Shown one piece after another: positions 1 to 9,451 of a stretch of DNA of 64,000 nt. A program made the translations under genes and the position numbers. This stretch comes from Magnetospirillum sp. (lineage in GTDB: Bacteria; Pseudomonadota; Alphaproteobacteria; Rhodospirillales; Magnetospirillaceae): assembly GCA_041915545.1 (NCBI GenBank), contig JAYSBF010000013.1:13390-77389 (forward strand). The letters run 5' to 3'. The notes beneath the pieces are model-generated. The model was not told where the DNA came from, made no database searches, and worked only from the letters and a program-made list of their open reading frames with translations. Position 1 is the first letter of the stretch. Each line of letters opens with the position of its first letter.

Positions 1-689
1 TAGATGGGCAGCAACAGACTGACCGTTTCATGATGCAGGGTCAGGAAATCACCCAGCCAGGTGCCTTGCAGATAGGGGCCAACCAGGACCGACCCCATGA
101 TGGCGGCCAGACCCACATAGGTGGCACCCTTGGCATTGCCGGTGATGCGTTCATAAAGGCCAACGCCAATGGCGATGGGGATGGTCATGAACACGGCGAA
201 CGTGCCCCAGGCATTGCGTTCAAGCGCATGCACAACCACCATGGACAGACCAGCCATGGTAATGGTGATGATGAACAGCATGGCCAGACCCGTGCACCAG
301 CCGGCGATCGGCCCCAATTCCGCCTTGGCCACTTCCGACAGCGATTGGCCCTTATGCTTCATCGAGGCGAACAGCACCACGGTATCGTGGACCGCGCCGC
401 CGATGACACAGCCGATCAGCAACCAAAGAAAGCCAGGGAAATAGCCGAATTGCGCGGCCAGAACCGGCCCCACCAGCGGACCGGCGGCAGCGATGGCAGC
501 AAAATGTTGCCCGGCATTCACCCACTTCTTGGTAGGCACATAGTTGCGCCCGTCCTGAAGCTCGTGGGACGGAGTGACTTGGGAATCGTCGGCACGCAAC
601 ACCTTGCGGACAAAGAACACGCCGTAAAAGCGGTAGCAGATGGCAAGGATGCAGAGCGTGGCGATCACAAAGGTTAAGGCGTGTGCCAT
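1..689 (-). CDS. cstA: Carbon starvation protein A family transporter (CstA/BtsT-like peptide or pyruvate symporter), 5' part only; runs off the window
   Basis: Not in the ORF track; translated by hand from ATG at 689 (RBS GGAGGAGAG): MAHALTFVIATLCILAICYRFYG...DGRNYVPT...GQHFAAIAAAGPLVGPVLAAQFGYFPGFLWLLIGCVIGGAVHD, the CstA signature. Confidence 0.92.
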   Translation of the reverse strand, partial: MAHALTFVIATLCILAICYRFYGVFFVRKVLRADDSQVTPSHELQDGRNYVPTKKWVNAGQHFAAIAAAGPLVGPVLAAQFGYFPGFLWLLIGCVIGGAVHDTVVLFASMKHKGQSLSEVAKAELGPIAGWCTGLAMLFIITITMAGLSMVVVHALERNAWGTFAVFMTIPIAIGVGLYERITGNAKGATYVGLAAIMGSVLVGPYLQGTWLGDFLTLHHETVSLLLPI

Positions 690-826
690 GATTGCTCTCC
701 TCCAGAAAACTGAGGAGAGCTTAGCCCCGCTGGAACCAGCTTGGTGGACAGGCTGGGGGAACGGTCGAATCAGAGGCGTGAGCGGTAAAAGATCAGGGGT
801 CAGTGGTCATACCAGAGACGCCAAGA

Positions 827-1627
827 TCATGGTCGGATGACGTCAGAATTCCCCGGACGCACGGAAAAGCGAAATAATTTCAGAAACATCCCGGCCACCG
901 GCCGAGGCAGAAAATGCAGCAGACCCAACCCCCAAGCCAAGGGGGCGGGAAAGGCCAGCTTAGCCCGGTTGGCCGCCATGGCTTTCAGGATCATCGCCGC
1001 CGCCCGGTCCGCCGACACCATCAGGGGACGGCCTCCAACGATCCGGGCGCTCATGGGGGTATCCACATATCCCGGACAAATCACCGTGACACTGACACCA
1101 TGGGGCCGCAAATATCCCCCCAAGGCTTGACCATAAGCGTGAACCGCCGCCTTGCTGGCACTGTAAGCCGGGGAAAAAGGCAATCCGTAAAGCCCGGCCA
1201 GTGACCCAATCAGGCACACCCGGCCCCGGCCCCGCGCCATCATGGGAGCGACCATGGGGGCGACCACATTGATGACACCACCGGCATTCACCGCCAGGAC
1301 CTGCCGGGCTTCCCCGTCATCTTCCGGCGATCCGTCGGGACGGATGCCGCTGGACAGGCCGGCATTGGCGATCACCGCATCCAAGGGGGTGTGCCGGTCG
1401 GCGGACAACACCCAATCCCGTGCCGCCGTACCATCGGTAATATCAAAAACGGCAGTATGGACTTGGGCGCCACGCTCGCGGCATTGCCGGGCCACCCGGT
1501 CAAGCCGGTCCACAGCCCGCCCAGACAGAAACAAGGTGACCCCAGGCGCCGCGCAGGCCACAGCCAAAGCCGCGCCAAGGCCACCCGTGGCCCCGGTGAT
1601 GGCGATGGAAGATCCGATTGTCATCAT
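827..1627 (-). CDS. Short-chain dehydrogenase/reductase (resembles RkpH/WcbP-type SDRs)
   Basis: TGATGGLG Rossmann motif, NAG, catalytic YSASK. Confidence 0.9.
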   Translation of the reverse strand: MMTIGSSIAITGATGGLGAALAVACAAPGVTLFLSGRAVDRLDRVARQCRERGAQVHTAVFDITDGTAARDWVLSADRHTPLDAVIANAGLSSGIRPDGSPEDDGEARQVLAVNAGGVINVVAPMVAPMMARGRGRVCLIGSLAGLYGLPFSPAYSASKAAVHAYGQALGGYLRPHGVSVTVICPGYVDTPMSARIVGGRPLMVSADRAAAMILKAMAANRAKLAFPAPLAWGLGLLHFLPRPVAGMFLKLFRFSVRPGNSDVIRP

Positions 1628-1669
1628 TGCCCCCGCACCTTGGCCAAGGTCGGATTTATCCGCACCCCA

Positions 1670-2281
1670 TCAGTCCTTGACCAGCGGCGGCAAAGGCAAG
1701 GGTGCGGCCAAAAGCAGCATTCCGGCGGTCCGTTCCGGGTGCAGGCGCAAGGAAACCGGAACCTTGTCCCGTTCGGTAAAGCCCAAGGCACCATACATGG
1801 ACAAGGCAGGCTGATTATCCGCCCAGGCATGCAGGCTGATACTGCTTAATCCTTCTTCCACCGCCAGATCGGCGCAAAATTGCACCAATAACGATCCCAA
1901 GCCCCGGCCACGGGCCTCGTCACTGACCAGCAGGGTGTTGAGATACCAGGAATCATCAATCTTGCTGTCGAACAAAGCCTGCAACGGCTTGATCCGCCGG
2001 GACGGGACCAGATTTTTCAGCAATGGATGCAAGCCATAATCACTGGATGGATAGCCCAAGGCCATCCCCATGACCCGGCCATCATACTCCGCCAGGATCG
2101 CCCGCTGTGCATTCAGCGGCGAATCCTCGCTTTTCACAGCCATGCGGACAAATTGGACCGCACCAACTCCGGGGATGATGCCATCCAGCATGGATTGAAA
2201 CAGACCATCACCCGCCGCGATGATGAAATCCGCGATGATGGAACTGTCCGCCTCTTCCCCCAGTCGAAAATCAAAATCCAT
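1670..2281 (-). CDS. GNAT family N-acetyltransferase
   Basis: WYLNTLLVSDEARGRGLG acetyl-CoA motif; N...ALSMYGALGF. Confidence 0.85.
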   Translation of the reverse strand: MDFDFRLGEEADSSIIADFIIAAGDGLFQSMLDGIIPGVGAVQFVRMAVKSEDSPLNAQRAILAEYDGRVMGMALGYPSSDYGLHPLLKNLVPSRRIKPLQALFDSKIDDSWYLNTLLVSDEARGRGLGSLLVQFCADLAVEEGLSSISLHAWADNQPALSMYGALGFTERDKVPVSLRLHPERTAGMLLLAAPLPLPPLVKD

Positions 2282-2308
2282 GACTGTCCCCCCCCTGATG
2301 CCGTCCTT

Positions 2309-2743
2309 TTATCCACATCCCCCCTTGCCGCCACCGCCGCAGCCATGGGTAGGGGGTGGGGGCGGATTTTCCGCCGGGTTTCGGGACAGACCCGCCGCAT
2401 CCAACTGGGCCAGGTAATCGGCCCAGATACGGTCCTGGTTTTCACCCAGAGCATAAAGATAATCCCAGGTGTACAGGCCGGAATCGTGCAGATCGTCAAA
2501 ACCTATCTTGATGGCGTAATTGCCCACCGGCTCCACGGCGATGATGCCCACATGCTGACGACCGGCCACTAATTTCTTATCCGCCGGGCTGTGGCCCTGC
2601 ACTTCCGCCGATGGGCTTTCCACCCGCAGCAATTCCGCGCTCAGGCGGAAGCATTTTCCATCTTCAAAGGTCAGTTCGATCAGACGATCAGCCTTTTTGA
2701 CTTTGATTTCTTCCAAGGAATGGCGATTGCCGAACTGGGTCAT
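2309..2743 (-). CDS. DUF971 (gamma-butyrobetaine hydroxylase N-terminal-like) protein
   Basis: [42 protein letters not shown]. Confidence 0.88.
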   Translation of the reverse strand: MTQFGNRHSLEEIKVKKADRLIELTFEDGKCFRLSAELLRVESPSAEVQGHSPADKKLVAGRQHVGIIAVEPVGNYAIKIGFDDLHDSGLYTWDYLYALGENQDRIWADYLAQLDAAGLSRNPAENPPPPPTHGCGGGGKGGCG

Positions 2744-2940
2744 GCATGATCCCCTTCGGTCAGCGTCCGAGCTTCGTCGGGCAGCATGATGGGAATACCG
2801 TCACGGATGGGATAGGCCAGGCCCGCCTGATCATCCACCAATTCATTGCGCTGGGCATCATAACGCAAAGGGGCATGAGTGCCGGGCGCCCGCAGGATTT
2901 CCAGCAATTTCGGATCAATGCCGGGAACGCGCTCGCTCAT
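2740..2940 (-). CDS. Trm112-like / UPF0434 protein
   Basis: LLEIL...[17 protein letters not shown]; overlaps the next gene by 4 nt. Confidence 0.88.
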   Translation of the reverse strand: MSERVPGIDPKLLEILRAPGTHAPLRYDAQRNELVDDQAGLAYPIRDGIPIMLPDEARTLTEGDHA

Positions 2941-2951
2941 TGCTTCGTCTC

Positions 2952-3596
2952 CTAATGTAAAACGCTGCCACCGGTTTCGCTCAGCAACGCCATCTCGAAC
3001 ATGGCCCCCATCAGCCGCGCCCGGTCCAGCACGGTGGGCGATTCCAGCAAGGCTTGCTTTTCTTCCGGCGATAATGGCGCCGCCATGGCCAGGGTGTTGA
3101 CCAATTCGGCGTCACCGATAGCACTTAATTTGCTGGTGTCGATGCCGATGCCGCGATGGGACATATAACCAACCACCGATGACATCAACTTTTCCCGGTC
3201 CAGACCAGTCTGGTTTTCCGGCTGGCGGTCATGGAGAAACTGGCTGTAATCGGCGGACACCCGGCGATATCCCTGGCGCCCCTCTTCTTCCCCCGACAGG
3301 CGGAATCGGTTCAGCCCCAAGGCGGTGATCAGATAGCGGCCCTCTGACGCCTCGCCAAAAGCGACAATGCGGGCGGCGATACCCACATTGCGCAATCCCG
3401 CCACCGTCGTCGCCTGCGCCAAGGCCCCTTCGGCCTGGGGCTGGACCAGGGCGAACAGCCGCCCCTGGCCCAAGGCATCATCGGTCATGGCCAGATAGCG
3501 GGGTTCGAACACAGTCAGGGAAATACGGGCATTGGGCAGCAGCAGCGCGCCCGAAACCGCGAAGACCGGCAGAACCGTCGGTAACCCCGCCTCCAT
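2952..3596 (-). CDS. LON peptidase substrate-binding (N-terminal) domain protein
   Basis: LPVFA...LLLP...[17 protein letters not shown]; usual neighbour of cnoX and Trm112. Confidence 0.88.
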   Translation of the reverse strand: MEAGLPTVLPVFAVSGALLLPNARISLTVFEPRYLAMTDDALGQGRLFALVQPQAEGALAQATTVAGLRNVGIAARIVAFGEASEGRYLITALGLNRFRLSGEEEGRQGYRRVSADYSQFLHDRQPENQTGLDREKLMSSVVGYMSHRGIGIDTSKLSAIGDAELVNTLAMAAPLSPEEKQALLESPTVLDRARLMGAMFEMALLSETGGSVLH

Positions 3597-3637
3597 CTGT
3601 CTCTCCCTTCCTGCCGTTTCGGCCCGGTCGCGATGCT

Positions 3638-4597
3638 TTAGGAAAAGATCAGGGATGACAGCCGCCGCCGCCCGGTCAGGGTCAGAGGATGGCTTGGTCC
3701 CAAGGCATCAAACACTTTCACCAATTGCTTGCGGGCACCGTCATCATTCCAGGCCCGGTCACGACGGAACAGTTCCAGCAACTCGTCCATGGACGCTTCG
3801 GTTTCGCCATCAGCGTAATAGGCCAAGGCCAGATCGAAGCGGGCCTGATGGTCATTAGCGTCCAAAGCCAGCCGACGGCGGTATTCCGCCGATTGGGCCG
3901 ATGCACGGGCGGCGGTTTCCCGCAATTCCAAAGCGGTCCGGGCCGCAGCCATATCCGGGTGCTTGGCGGTTTCGTCTTCGGCGCCATCCAGGATCTGGCG
4001 CGCGGTTTCGACATCACCAGCGGCCAGCATGCACCGGGCTAAACCGGCGATGGCCGGGGCGTTGGCTGCTTCCTCGCCCAGCACCTGCTGGTACAGATCG
4101 ACCGCGTTTTGCAGATCGCCGCTGTCCAAAGCCTGACGTGCCGCATCCAAAAGCTCGGCCACCGGAATGGATTGGGCGTCATCCCCGATCAGACGCTTCA
4201 AAAAGGCGCGGATCTGACTTTCCGGCAAGGCGCCGGTAAAGGCATCCACCGGGCGGCCATTCTTGAACGCATAGACGGTGGGAACCGATTGCACCCGCAA
4301 CTGGGCCGCCAATTCCTGGTTTTTATCCACGTCAATCTTGACCATGCGCACGGCGCCGCGCAGTTCCCGCACCACCTTTTCCAAGGTGGGACCAAGCTGT
4401 TTGCATGGGCCACACCAAGTGGCCCAGAAATCAACGATCACCGGGGTCTGCATCGATGCTTCCATCACATCGGCGACAAAACCGGCGGAAGAACCGTCCT
4501 TGATCAGGTCGCTGGTGGCACCGATCGTTCCCGCCCCGGCCTTGCCGGCGGAAGACGGCGCCTTGGCGCCGGAACCAATAAGAAAGTCCATGGGCAT
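3638..4597 (-). CDS. cnoX: Chaperedoxin CnoX/YbbN (thioredoxin + TPR)
   Basis: VDFWATWCGPCK thioredoxin site followed by TPR helices; C-terminal RRRLSSLIFS. Confidence 0.9.
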   Translation of the reverse strand: MPMDFLIGSGAKAPSSAGKAGAGTIGATSDLIKDGSSAGFVADVMEASMQTPVIVDFWATWCGPCKQLGPTLEKVVRELRGAVRMVKIDVDKNQELAAQLRVQSVPTVYAFKNGRPVDAFTGALPESQIRAFLKRLIGDDAQSIPVAELLDAARQALDSGDLQNAVDLYQQVLGEEAANAPAIAGLARCMLAAGDVETARQILDGAEDETAKHPDMAAARTALELRETAARASAQSAEYRRRLALDANDHQARFDLALAYYADGETEASMDELLELFRRDRAWNDDGARKQLVKVFDALGPSHPLTLTGRRRLSSLIFS

Positions 4598-4626
4598 GAC
4601 GTCCAGCTTGGATTACGACCAGCAAT

Positions 4627-4655
4627 AGATGGACTGTCCACGCCCGGCTGGCAAG
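4627..4655 (-). promoter_or_regulatory. Candidate RpoH (sigma32) promoter of the cnoX-LON-Trm112-DUF971 operon
   Basis: Minus strand CTTGCC-N15-GTCCATCT, about 30 nt before the cnoX start; resembles CTTG..-N13-17-CCCCATNT. Confidence 0.4.
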
Positions 4656-4698
4656 TGCAAAGCCAGCATGATTTTCCCACTCTTCGACCCAGGGCCGC

Positions 4699-4746
4699 AA
4701 TTTTTTCAGAAAAAAGTCTTGCAGAGCGCCAGAATTTTCGTACTAT
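4699..4746 (+). promoter_or_regulatory. sigma70-type stable-RNA promoter for tRNA-Gly
   Basis: A/T tracts (UP-like, 4699-4716), TTGCAG (4719-4724), N16, TACTAT (4741-4746), then GC-rich discriminator CCGGGCC. Confidence 0.6.
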
Positions 4747-4785
4747 CCGGGCCTCCAACGCATTCCATGTGTTGGGCGCCAGGAA

Positions 4786-4860
4786 GCGGGCGTAGCTCAG
4801 GGGTAGAGCACAACCTTGCCAAGGTTGGGGTCGAGGGTTCGAATCCCTTCGCCCGCTCCA
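4786..4860 (+). tRNA. tRNA-Gly(GCC)
   Basis: GCGGGCG acceptor stem, AACCT-TGCCAA-GGTT anticodon arm, GGTTCGAATCC T-loop, encoded CCA. Confidence 0.98.
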
Positions 4861-5023
4861 AATTTCACAACGATGATATGACGATTGATACAGGGGCCGT
4901 AGCCCTTGGCGTCTTTGCGTCGTTTTTGGCGTCTGTATCTCATACCAACGACCGGATGGCCGCGCCCGGCGAGGGCTGGACAACGGTCAATTCATTGGCC
5001 GGTTGATATCGTCTATCGTCCCG

Positions 5024-5674
5024 TTACCGGAAGGTCACGGTTTCCAATGCCCGTGCCTTGCGTCCTTCGGACCAAGTAACCGGAGAGGATGGCGCCGTGG
5101 CGGCAGAGCCAAGGGTAGTCCCTTCCCCCGCCGATAATTCCACCGTCCCAAGGCTGTTGCGGACTTCGACCCGGCCATCCTGAACCAGAACACCGTAAAC
5201 ACCATCAATGGGACCACCCCAAAACGTGGTCCCGCGAATACCGATGGTCGCCACGGGTGTGATCACGCTGACTGAATCAGGGTGCGCTTTACCAATCGCC
5301 CCAGTCACAGCGCGAAACACACCGGCAGCCATCCGCATGGTGGCCGCTCCCTTCCCCCGCTCGGGTTCATAAACATACTCATCAATCGCCAATCGGGAGT
5401 TTTCACCCAAGATGATGTCGGTATCGTCCAACAGGCGCAATTGTGCCCTGGCATCCTGGCCGGTCACCACCTCTTCCCCAAAACGGATCGTATCGCCCTG
5501 GGCCAGTGACCGCGACGGCACCCCCGGCATCACCGAATTGGCCTGGCCCTGCACCCGGACGGCCGTACCGATCACATCACCCAATTCCGCCGCCCAACAC
5601 AGGGACGACACCATCAAAGCCAACGGCAGGGCCGCCAAGCCAGATAAACACCGAATGTGAGTCCACTTAGGCAT
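5024..5674 (-). CDS. Exported FecR-domain protein
   Basis: Signal peptide; L.DDT.I.LGENS and ITPVATIGIRGT FecR-like motifs. Confidence 0.8.
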   Translation of the reverse strand: MPKWTHIRCLSGLAALPLALMVSSLCWAAELGDVIGTAVRVQGQANSVMPGVPSRSLAQGDTIRFGEEVVTGQDARAQLRLLDDTDIILGENSRLAIDEYVYEPERGKGAATMRMAAGVFRAVTGAIGKAHPDSVSVITPVATIGIRGTTFWGGPIDGVYGVLVQDGRVEVRNSLGTVELSAGEGTTLGSAATAPSSPVTWSEGRKARALETVTFR

Positions 5675-5699
5675 GGCTATTCACCGATACATGCTGATC

Positions 5700-6698
5700 T
5701 CACTGATCGCCGCGTATCGGCGCGAATTCCACCGGAACCCAGGCGAACCCATCCTTATCTGCCCGCACATGGCCGATACCAGGGAAGGGAAGATGGGCAC
5801 CCGCCACCCATAATGCCTGCCCAGACGCCAATTTAAAGATTTCCCGCCGGGTTTCCACCGCCTTGGCCTTATCGCTGTCAAACTCAATGGCAACATCGGG
5901 ACGGGCGAATTGAACGGCGTGATTATGGACAATATCGCCCCAGACCAATAGGGATTGATCCGCCGATTGCAGCAAATAGCTGGTATGGCCGGGGGTATGG
6001 CCGGGACTGGAAACCGCCTTGATCCCCGGCAGCAGCACATCACCGGCGTCAAACACCGTCAGCCGACCCAAGGCGCGATATGGAGCAACCGCATCGTCAG
6101 CCATCTTGAAGAACGGCTTGGCGTCTTTGGGACTGGCGGCAGCAATTTTTGGATCCAGCCAATAGGCGGCTTCGGCGCGGGCCACCCGGATTTGAGCGTT
6201 GGGGAAAGCCATGCCGCCTTGGGCATTCAACAATCCCAAGGCATGATCAGGATGCAGATGGGTCAACAGAACCGTATCCACCTGGGCCGGGTCATAGCCG
6301 GAAGCCCGGATATTGTCCACCAAATGACCCAAGGTCGGGCCAAAAGCGGTAGCGGTTCCGGTATCGACCAAAACCAGATGATCGCCCGTATGAACCAGAT
6401 AGGCATTCACCGCGGTTTGCAGGCCGGTGGCATATTTGGCCGCGAACATGCGAGCCAACAGGCTTTGCATATCCGTAGCGGAAATCGGACCGAACAATTC
6501 GGGTTTCAGATCAATATAGCCATCATACAAGGCGGTGATTTCGAACCCGCCCAAGGCAAATCGATAAAATCCCGGAACCTGGCTTTTCTGCTGGGCAGGC
6601 ACCGGGGGGGCAGCCAGGGCCGGGGCAGGCAGGGCGGCGGATGTAACCGCCGCCGCCATCAAGGCGCCGCCGAACATGGAAAAAACAGTCTTGATCAT
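5700..6698 (-). CDS. Exported metallo-beta-lactamase-fold hydrolase (methyl-parathion-hydrolase/lactonase-like)
   Basis: Signal peptide ending ALA; HLHPDH, GHTPGH, WGDIVH, HLPFPG. Confidence 0.88.
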   Translation of the reverse strand: MIKTVFSMFGGALMAAAVTSAALPAPALAAPPVPAQQKSQVPGFYRFALGGFEITALYDGYIDLKPELFGPISATDMQSLLARMFAAKYATGLQTAVNAYLVHTGDHLVLVDTGTATAFGPTLGHLVDNIRASGYDPAQVDTVLLTHLHPDHALGLLNAQGGMAFPNAQIRVARAEAAYWLDPKIAAASPKDAKPFFKMADDAVAPYRALGRLTVFDAGDVLLPGIKAVSSPGHTPGHTSYLLQSADQSLLVWGDIVHNHAVQFARPDVAIEFDSDKAKAVETRREIFKLASGQALWVAGAHLPFPGIGHVRADKDGFAWVPVEFAPIRGDQ

Positions 6699-6753
6699 GT
6701 GCGTGTCCTTATGGCAATTCAGCCTGCTAATTTATGAGTGGTGAAACGCCCGG

Positions 6754-7245
6754 TCAGGCTCCACAGCACTTTTTATATTTTTTCCCCGAACCACAGGGGC
6801 ATGGATCGTTCCGCCCCACCTTTTCGGTGACCCGCTGGGCCGGGCGCGGGTTCAGAACCCCATCCACATACAGCCAACGACCGTCTTCCTGGCGAAAGCT
6901 GGCCAATTCATGATGGGCATAAACCTTGCCTCGGAATTTGTAATTGGCGACGAATTCCACCGTATGGGGGGCATCATCGCTGGTTTGGATGGACCGCACC
7001 TCCAAACCGCGCCATTCAGCTTCCTTGACCCAGGTTTCGGTTTCCGCCGGGTCATAATCTTCCCGCGCTTCCGGCGCCAAGGTGGAATCGATATAAGCCA
7101 GATCAGCCCGGACAAAGGCGGTATAACGCGACCGCATCAGGGCTTCAGCACTGGGAGCCGACTGACCAGCCAATAACGGACCACAACATTCGTCGTAACT
7201 ACGGCCCGAGCCGCAGGGGCAAGCACTCATTTTCTTCAGTCCCAT
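6754..7245 (-). CDS. YchJ family protein with N- and C-terminal SEC-C motifs
   Basis: CPCGSG..Y..CC at both ends; [12 protein letters not shown]; VEFVA. Confidence 0.9.
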   Translation of the reverse strand: MGLKKMSACPCGSGRSYDECCGPLLAGQSAPSAEALMRSRYTAFVRADLAYIDSTLAPEAREDYDPAETETWVKEAEWRGLEVRSIQTSDDAPHTVEFVANYKFRGKVYAHHELASFRQEDGRWLYVDGVLNPRPAQRVTEKVGRNDPCPCGSGKKYKKCCGA

Positions 7246-7293
7246 GATGTCGGGCCATCGGCCCGGTGATACCGGGCCAAATTACCCGGCGGA

Positions 7294-7641
7294 TCAGAAT
7301 TGAACCAAATTGGAAAACAGCACCATGCCGGCGACGGTCACCGCGACAAAAGTGCCAGCTACCCCCAACAGGAACAGAACATTTCCCAATGTGGGCAAGG
7401 GAAACATGCGGTGTTCACGGACCCGCCGTTCCTTGGACCGCCGTTCCACCCCCCCCACGACGGTCAGAAAAAAGCGTCGGCCAACAAAGGGAATGGTCAG
7501 GCGGATATTGATGGGATGACGCCGCCAGCTTACCGGCTTGACGGCGGAATAAAGGGCGGCGCGTTGCGCTTCGGTGAAAGTCGCCGCCACATCGGGCGGT
7601 ATCCTGTCCATCAGCGTTTCCAGCGCGTTATCGCTCGACAT
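7294..7641 (-). CDS. Conserved hypothetical membrane protein
   Basis: ATG at 7641 with GAGG; basic region RRHPINIRLTIPF followed by one C-terminal TM helix. Confidence 0.65.
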   Translation of the reverse strand: MSSDNALETLMDRIPPDVAATFTEAQRAALYSAVKPVSWRRHPINIRLTIPFVGRRFFLTVVGGVERRSKERRVREHRMFPLPTLGNVLFLLGVAGTFVAVTVAGMVLFSNLVQF

Positions 7642-7713
7642 GACCTCTTGCTCCCCCAGGCACATCAACGGCGAAACAGGCGGGATAATCCCCTTATCCC
7701 GCTTTTCATCCGA

Positions 7714-8625
7714 TCACGATGATCCGCCGCTCAAACGCGACAATATATCATCCAATTGTTCCAAATTGCCGTAATGGATGGTCAGGGTACCACCCTTGCC
7801 CAAGGTTTGGATATCCACCCGCACCCCTAATATCTGGGCCAACTCCCGTTCCAGGGCGGTGATATCCGCATCCTTGGCGGCAGCGGCAGAGCGCATGCCA
7901 CCGCCTTGGGCCGTTTTTCCCTTTCCTTCGCCACTGGCCAGCTTTTCCGTCTGGCGGACATTCAGTTGCTTATCCACCACCTCTTTGGCCAGGGCAACCG
8001 GATCATCCGCAGTCAGCAAGGCACGGGCATGACCGGCTGACAGCTTTTTTTGTTCCACCATGTCTTTGATGGGGTCTGGCAGGGCCAGCAATCGCATCAT
8101 ATTGGCCACATGGCTGCGGGATTTCCCCACCGCCTTGGCCAATTCTTCCTGAGTATGGCTGAATTCCTCAACCAACCGGCGATAGCCTTCAGCTTCTTCC
8201 AAGGCGGACAAATCCTGACGTTGCAGGTTTTCCACCAAGGCGACTTCCAAAGCTTCCTTATCGGTCAGCTCGCGGATAATCACCGGCACATCATGCAATT
8301 GTGCCCGCTGTGCCGCCCGCCACCGCCGTTCGCCAGCGATGATTTCGTAATCGCCTTCCAGGGGACGAACCAGGATCGGCTGAAGAATGCCCTTTTCCCG
8401 AATGGATTCCACCAAATCGGCAATGGCGTCTTCGTCAAATTGACGGCGGGGCTGAAATTTTCCAGGCTTCAGCTGACCAATGGGCAAGGTCCGCAGACCA
8501 CGGGGTAATGCCCCATCGTCGCTGGCCTTGTCCTTTTCCAGCACATTCACCGCAGCCGCATTGCTTTCGCCCAACAGGGCCGATAATCCCCGGCCCAAAC
8601 TGCTTCGGCGTTTTTCCTCGGACAC
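7714..8625 (-). CDS. parB: Chromosome partitioning protein ParB
   Basis: LGRGLSALL, QPR, IIAGERRWRAA, ENLQR, HTH GKSRSHVAN. Confidence 0.97.
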   Translation of the reverse strand: MSEEKRRSSLGRGLSALLGESNAAAVNVLEKDKASDDGALPRGLRTLPIGQLKPGKFQPRRQFDEDAIADLVESIREKGILQPILVRPLEGDYEIIAGERRWRAAQRAQLHDVPVIIRELTDKEALEVALVENLQRQDLSALEEAEGYRRLVEEFSHTQEELAKAVGKSRSHVANMMRLLALPDPIKDMVEQKKLSAGHARALLTADDPVALAKEVVDKQLNVRQTEKLASGEGKGKTAQGGGMRSAAAAKDADITALERELAQILGVRVDIQTLGKGGTLTIHYGNLEQLDDILSRLSGGSS

Positions 8626-8632
8626 TTTACGA

Positions 8633-9451
8633 TTACCCCACGGCTTTCAATTCACGTTCCCGCTTCAGCACTTCCGACGCCAAATGGATATAAGCCTCGG
8701 AACCGGCGCATTTCATGTCATAGATCAGCACTGGTTTGCCATGGGACGGCGCTTCCGACACTTTCACATTGCGTGGAATCACCGTTTTATAAACCTTGTC
8801 GCCAAAAAATTCCCGCACATCCGCGGCCACCATGTCGGACAAATTATTACGCTTGTCAAACATGGTCAGAACGATGCCTTGCAATTCCAAGGACGGATTC
8901 AGCCCTTGTTTGACCCGTTCAATGGTGCCGACCAGATGGCTGACCCCTTCCAGGGCAAAGAATTCGCATTGCAGCGGCACCATCACGGAATGGGCGGCAA
9001 CCAAGGCATTGACGGTCAGCAAATTCAGGCTGGGGGGGCAATCAATCAGCACATAATCATATTGATTGCTAAGATCAGCCAGGGCATCGGCCAAACGCTG
9101 CTCGCGCCGGTCCATATCCACCAATTCCACTTCAGCGCCAGTCAAATCCAGACCGGACGGAATCAGGGACAAGCCGGGAATATCCGTGGATAGAACGGCT
9201 TCAGCGGGCGACGCCTCACCGATAAGGATGTGATAGGAATTGACGGCCCGTGCCCGCCGGTCAATGCCCAAACCGGTGCTGGCATTGCCCTGGGGGTCCA
9301 GATCAATAATCAATACCGACCGCTTGGCCGCCGCGATGGCGGTTGCCAGATTGATGGTTGTGGTGGTCTTGCCCACTCCGCCTTTTTGATTGGCGATGGC
9401 AATGATGCGGGCGCTGTCGGAAGAAGGCGCGATCTCGCTATTCCTAACCAC
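8633..9451 (-). CDS. parA: Chromosome partitioning ATPase ParA
   Basis: NQKGGVGKTT, DLDPQGN, IDCPP, IPRNVKVSEAPSHG. Confidence 0.97.
   Translation of the reverse strand: MVRNSEIAPSSDSARIIAIANQKGGVGKTTTTINLATAIAAAKRSVLIIDLDPQGNASTGLGIDRRARAVNSYHILIGEASPAEAVLSTDIPGLSLIPSGLDLTGAEVELVDMDRREQRLADALADLSNQYDYVLIDCPPSLNLLTVNALVAAHSVMVPLQCEFFALEGVSHLVGTIERVKQGLNPSLELQGIVLTMFDKRNNLSDMVAADVREFFGDKVYKTVIPRNVKVSEAPSHGKPVLIYDMKCAGSEAYIHLASEVLKRERELKAVG

Noticed and set aside
4887-4939. TTGGCGTCT direct repeat (4906, 4926) inside GATACAG/CTGTATC inverted ends after the tRNA
   Set aside because: Short and could arise by chance; no matching regulator or second copy found
4786-7245. Genomic island or prophage integrated at tRNA-Gly
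   Set aside because: No integrase, and I found no duplicated tRNA 3' end (attR) downstream
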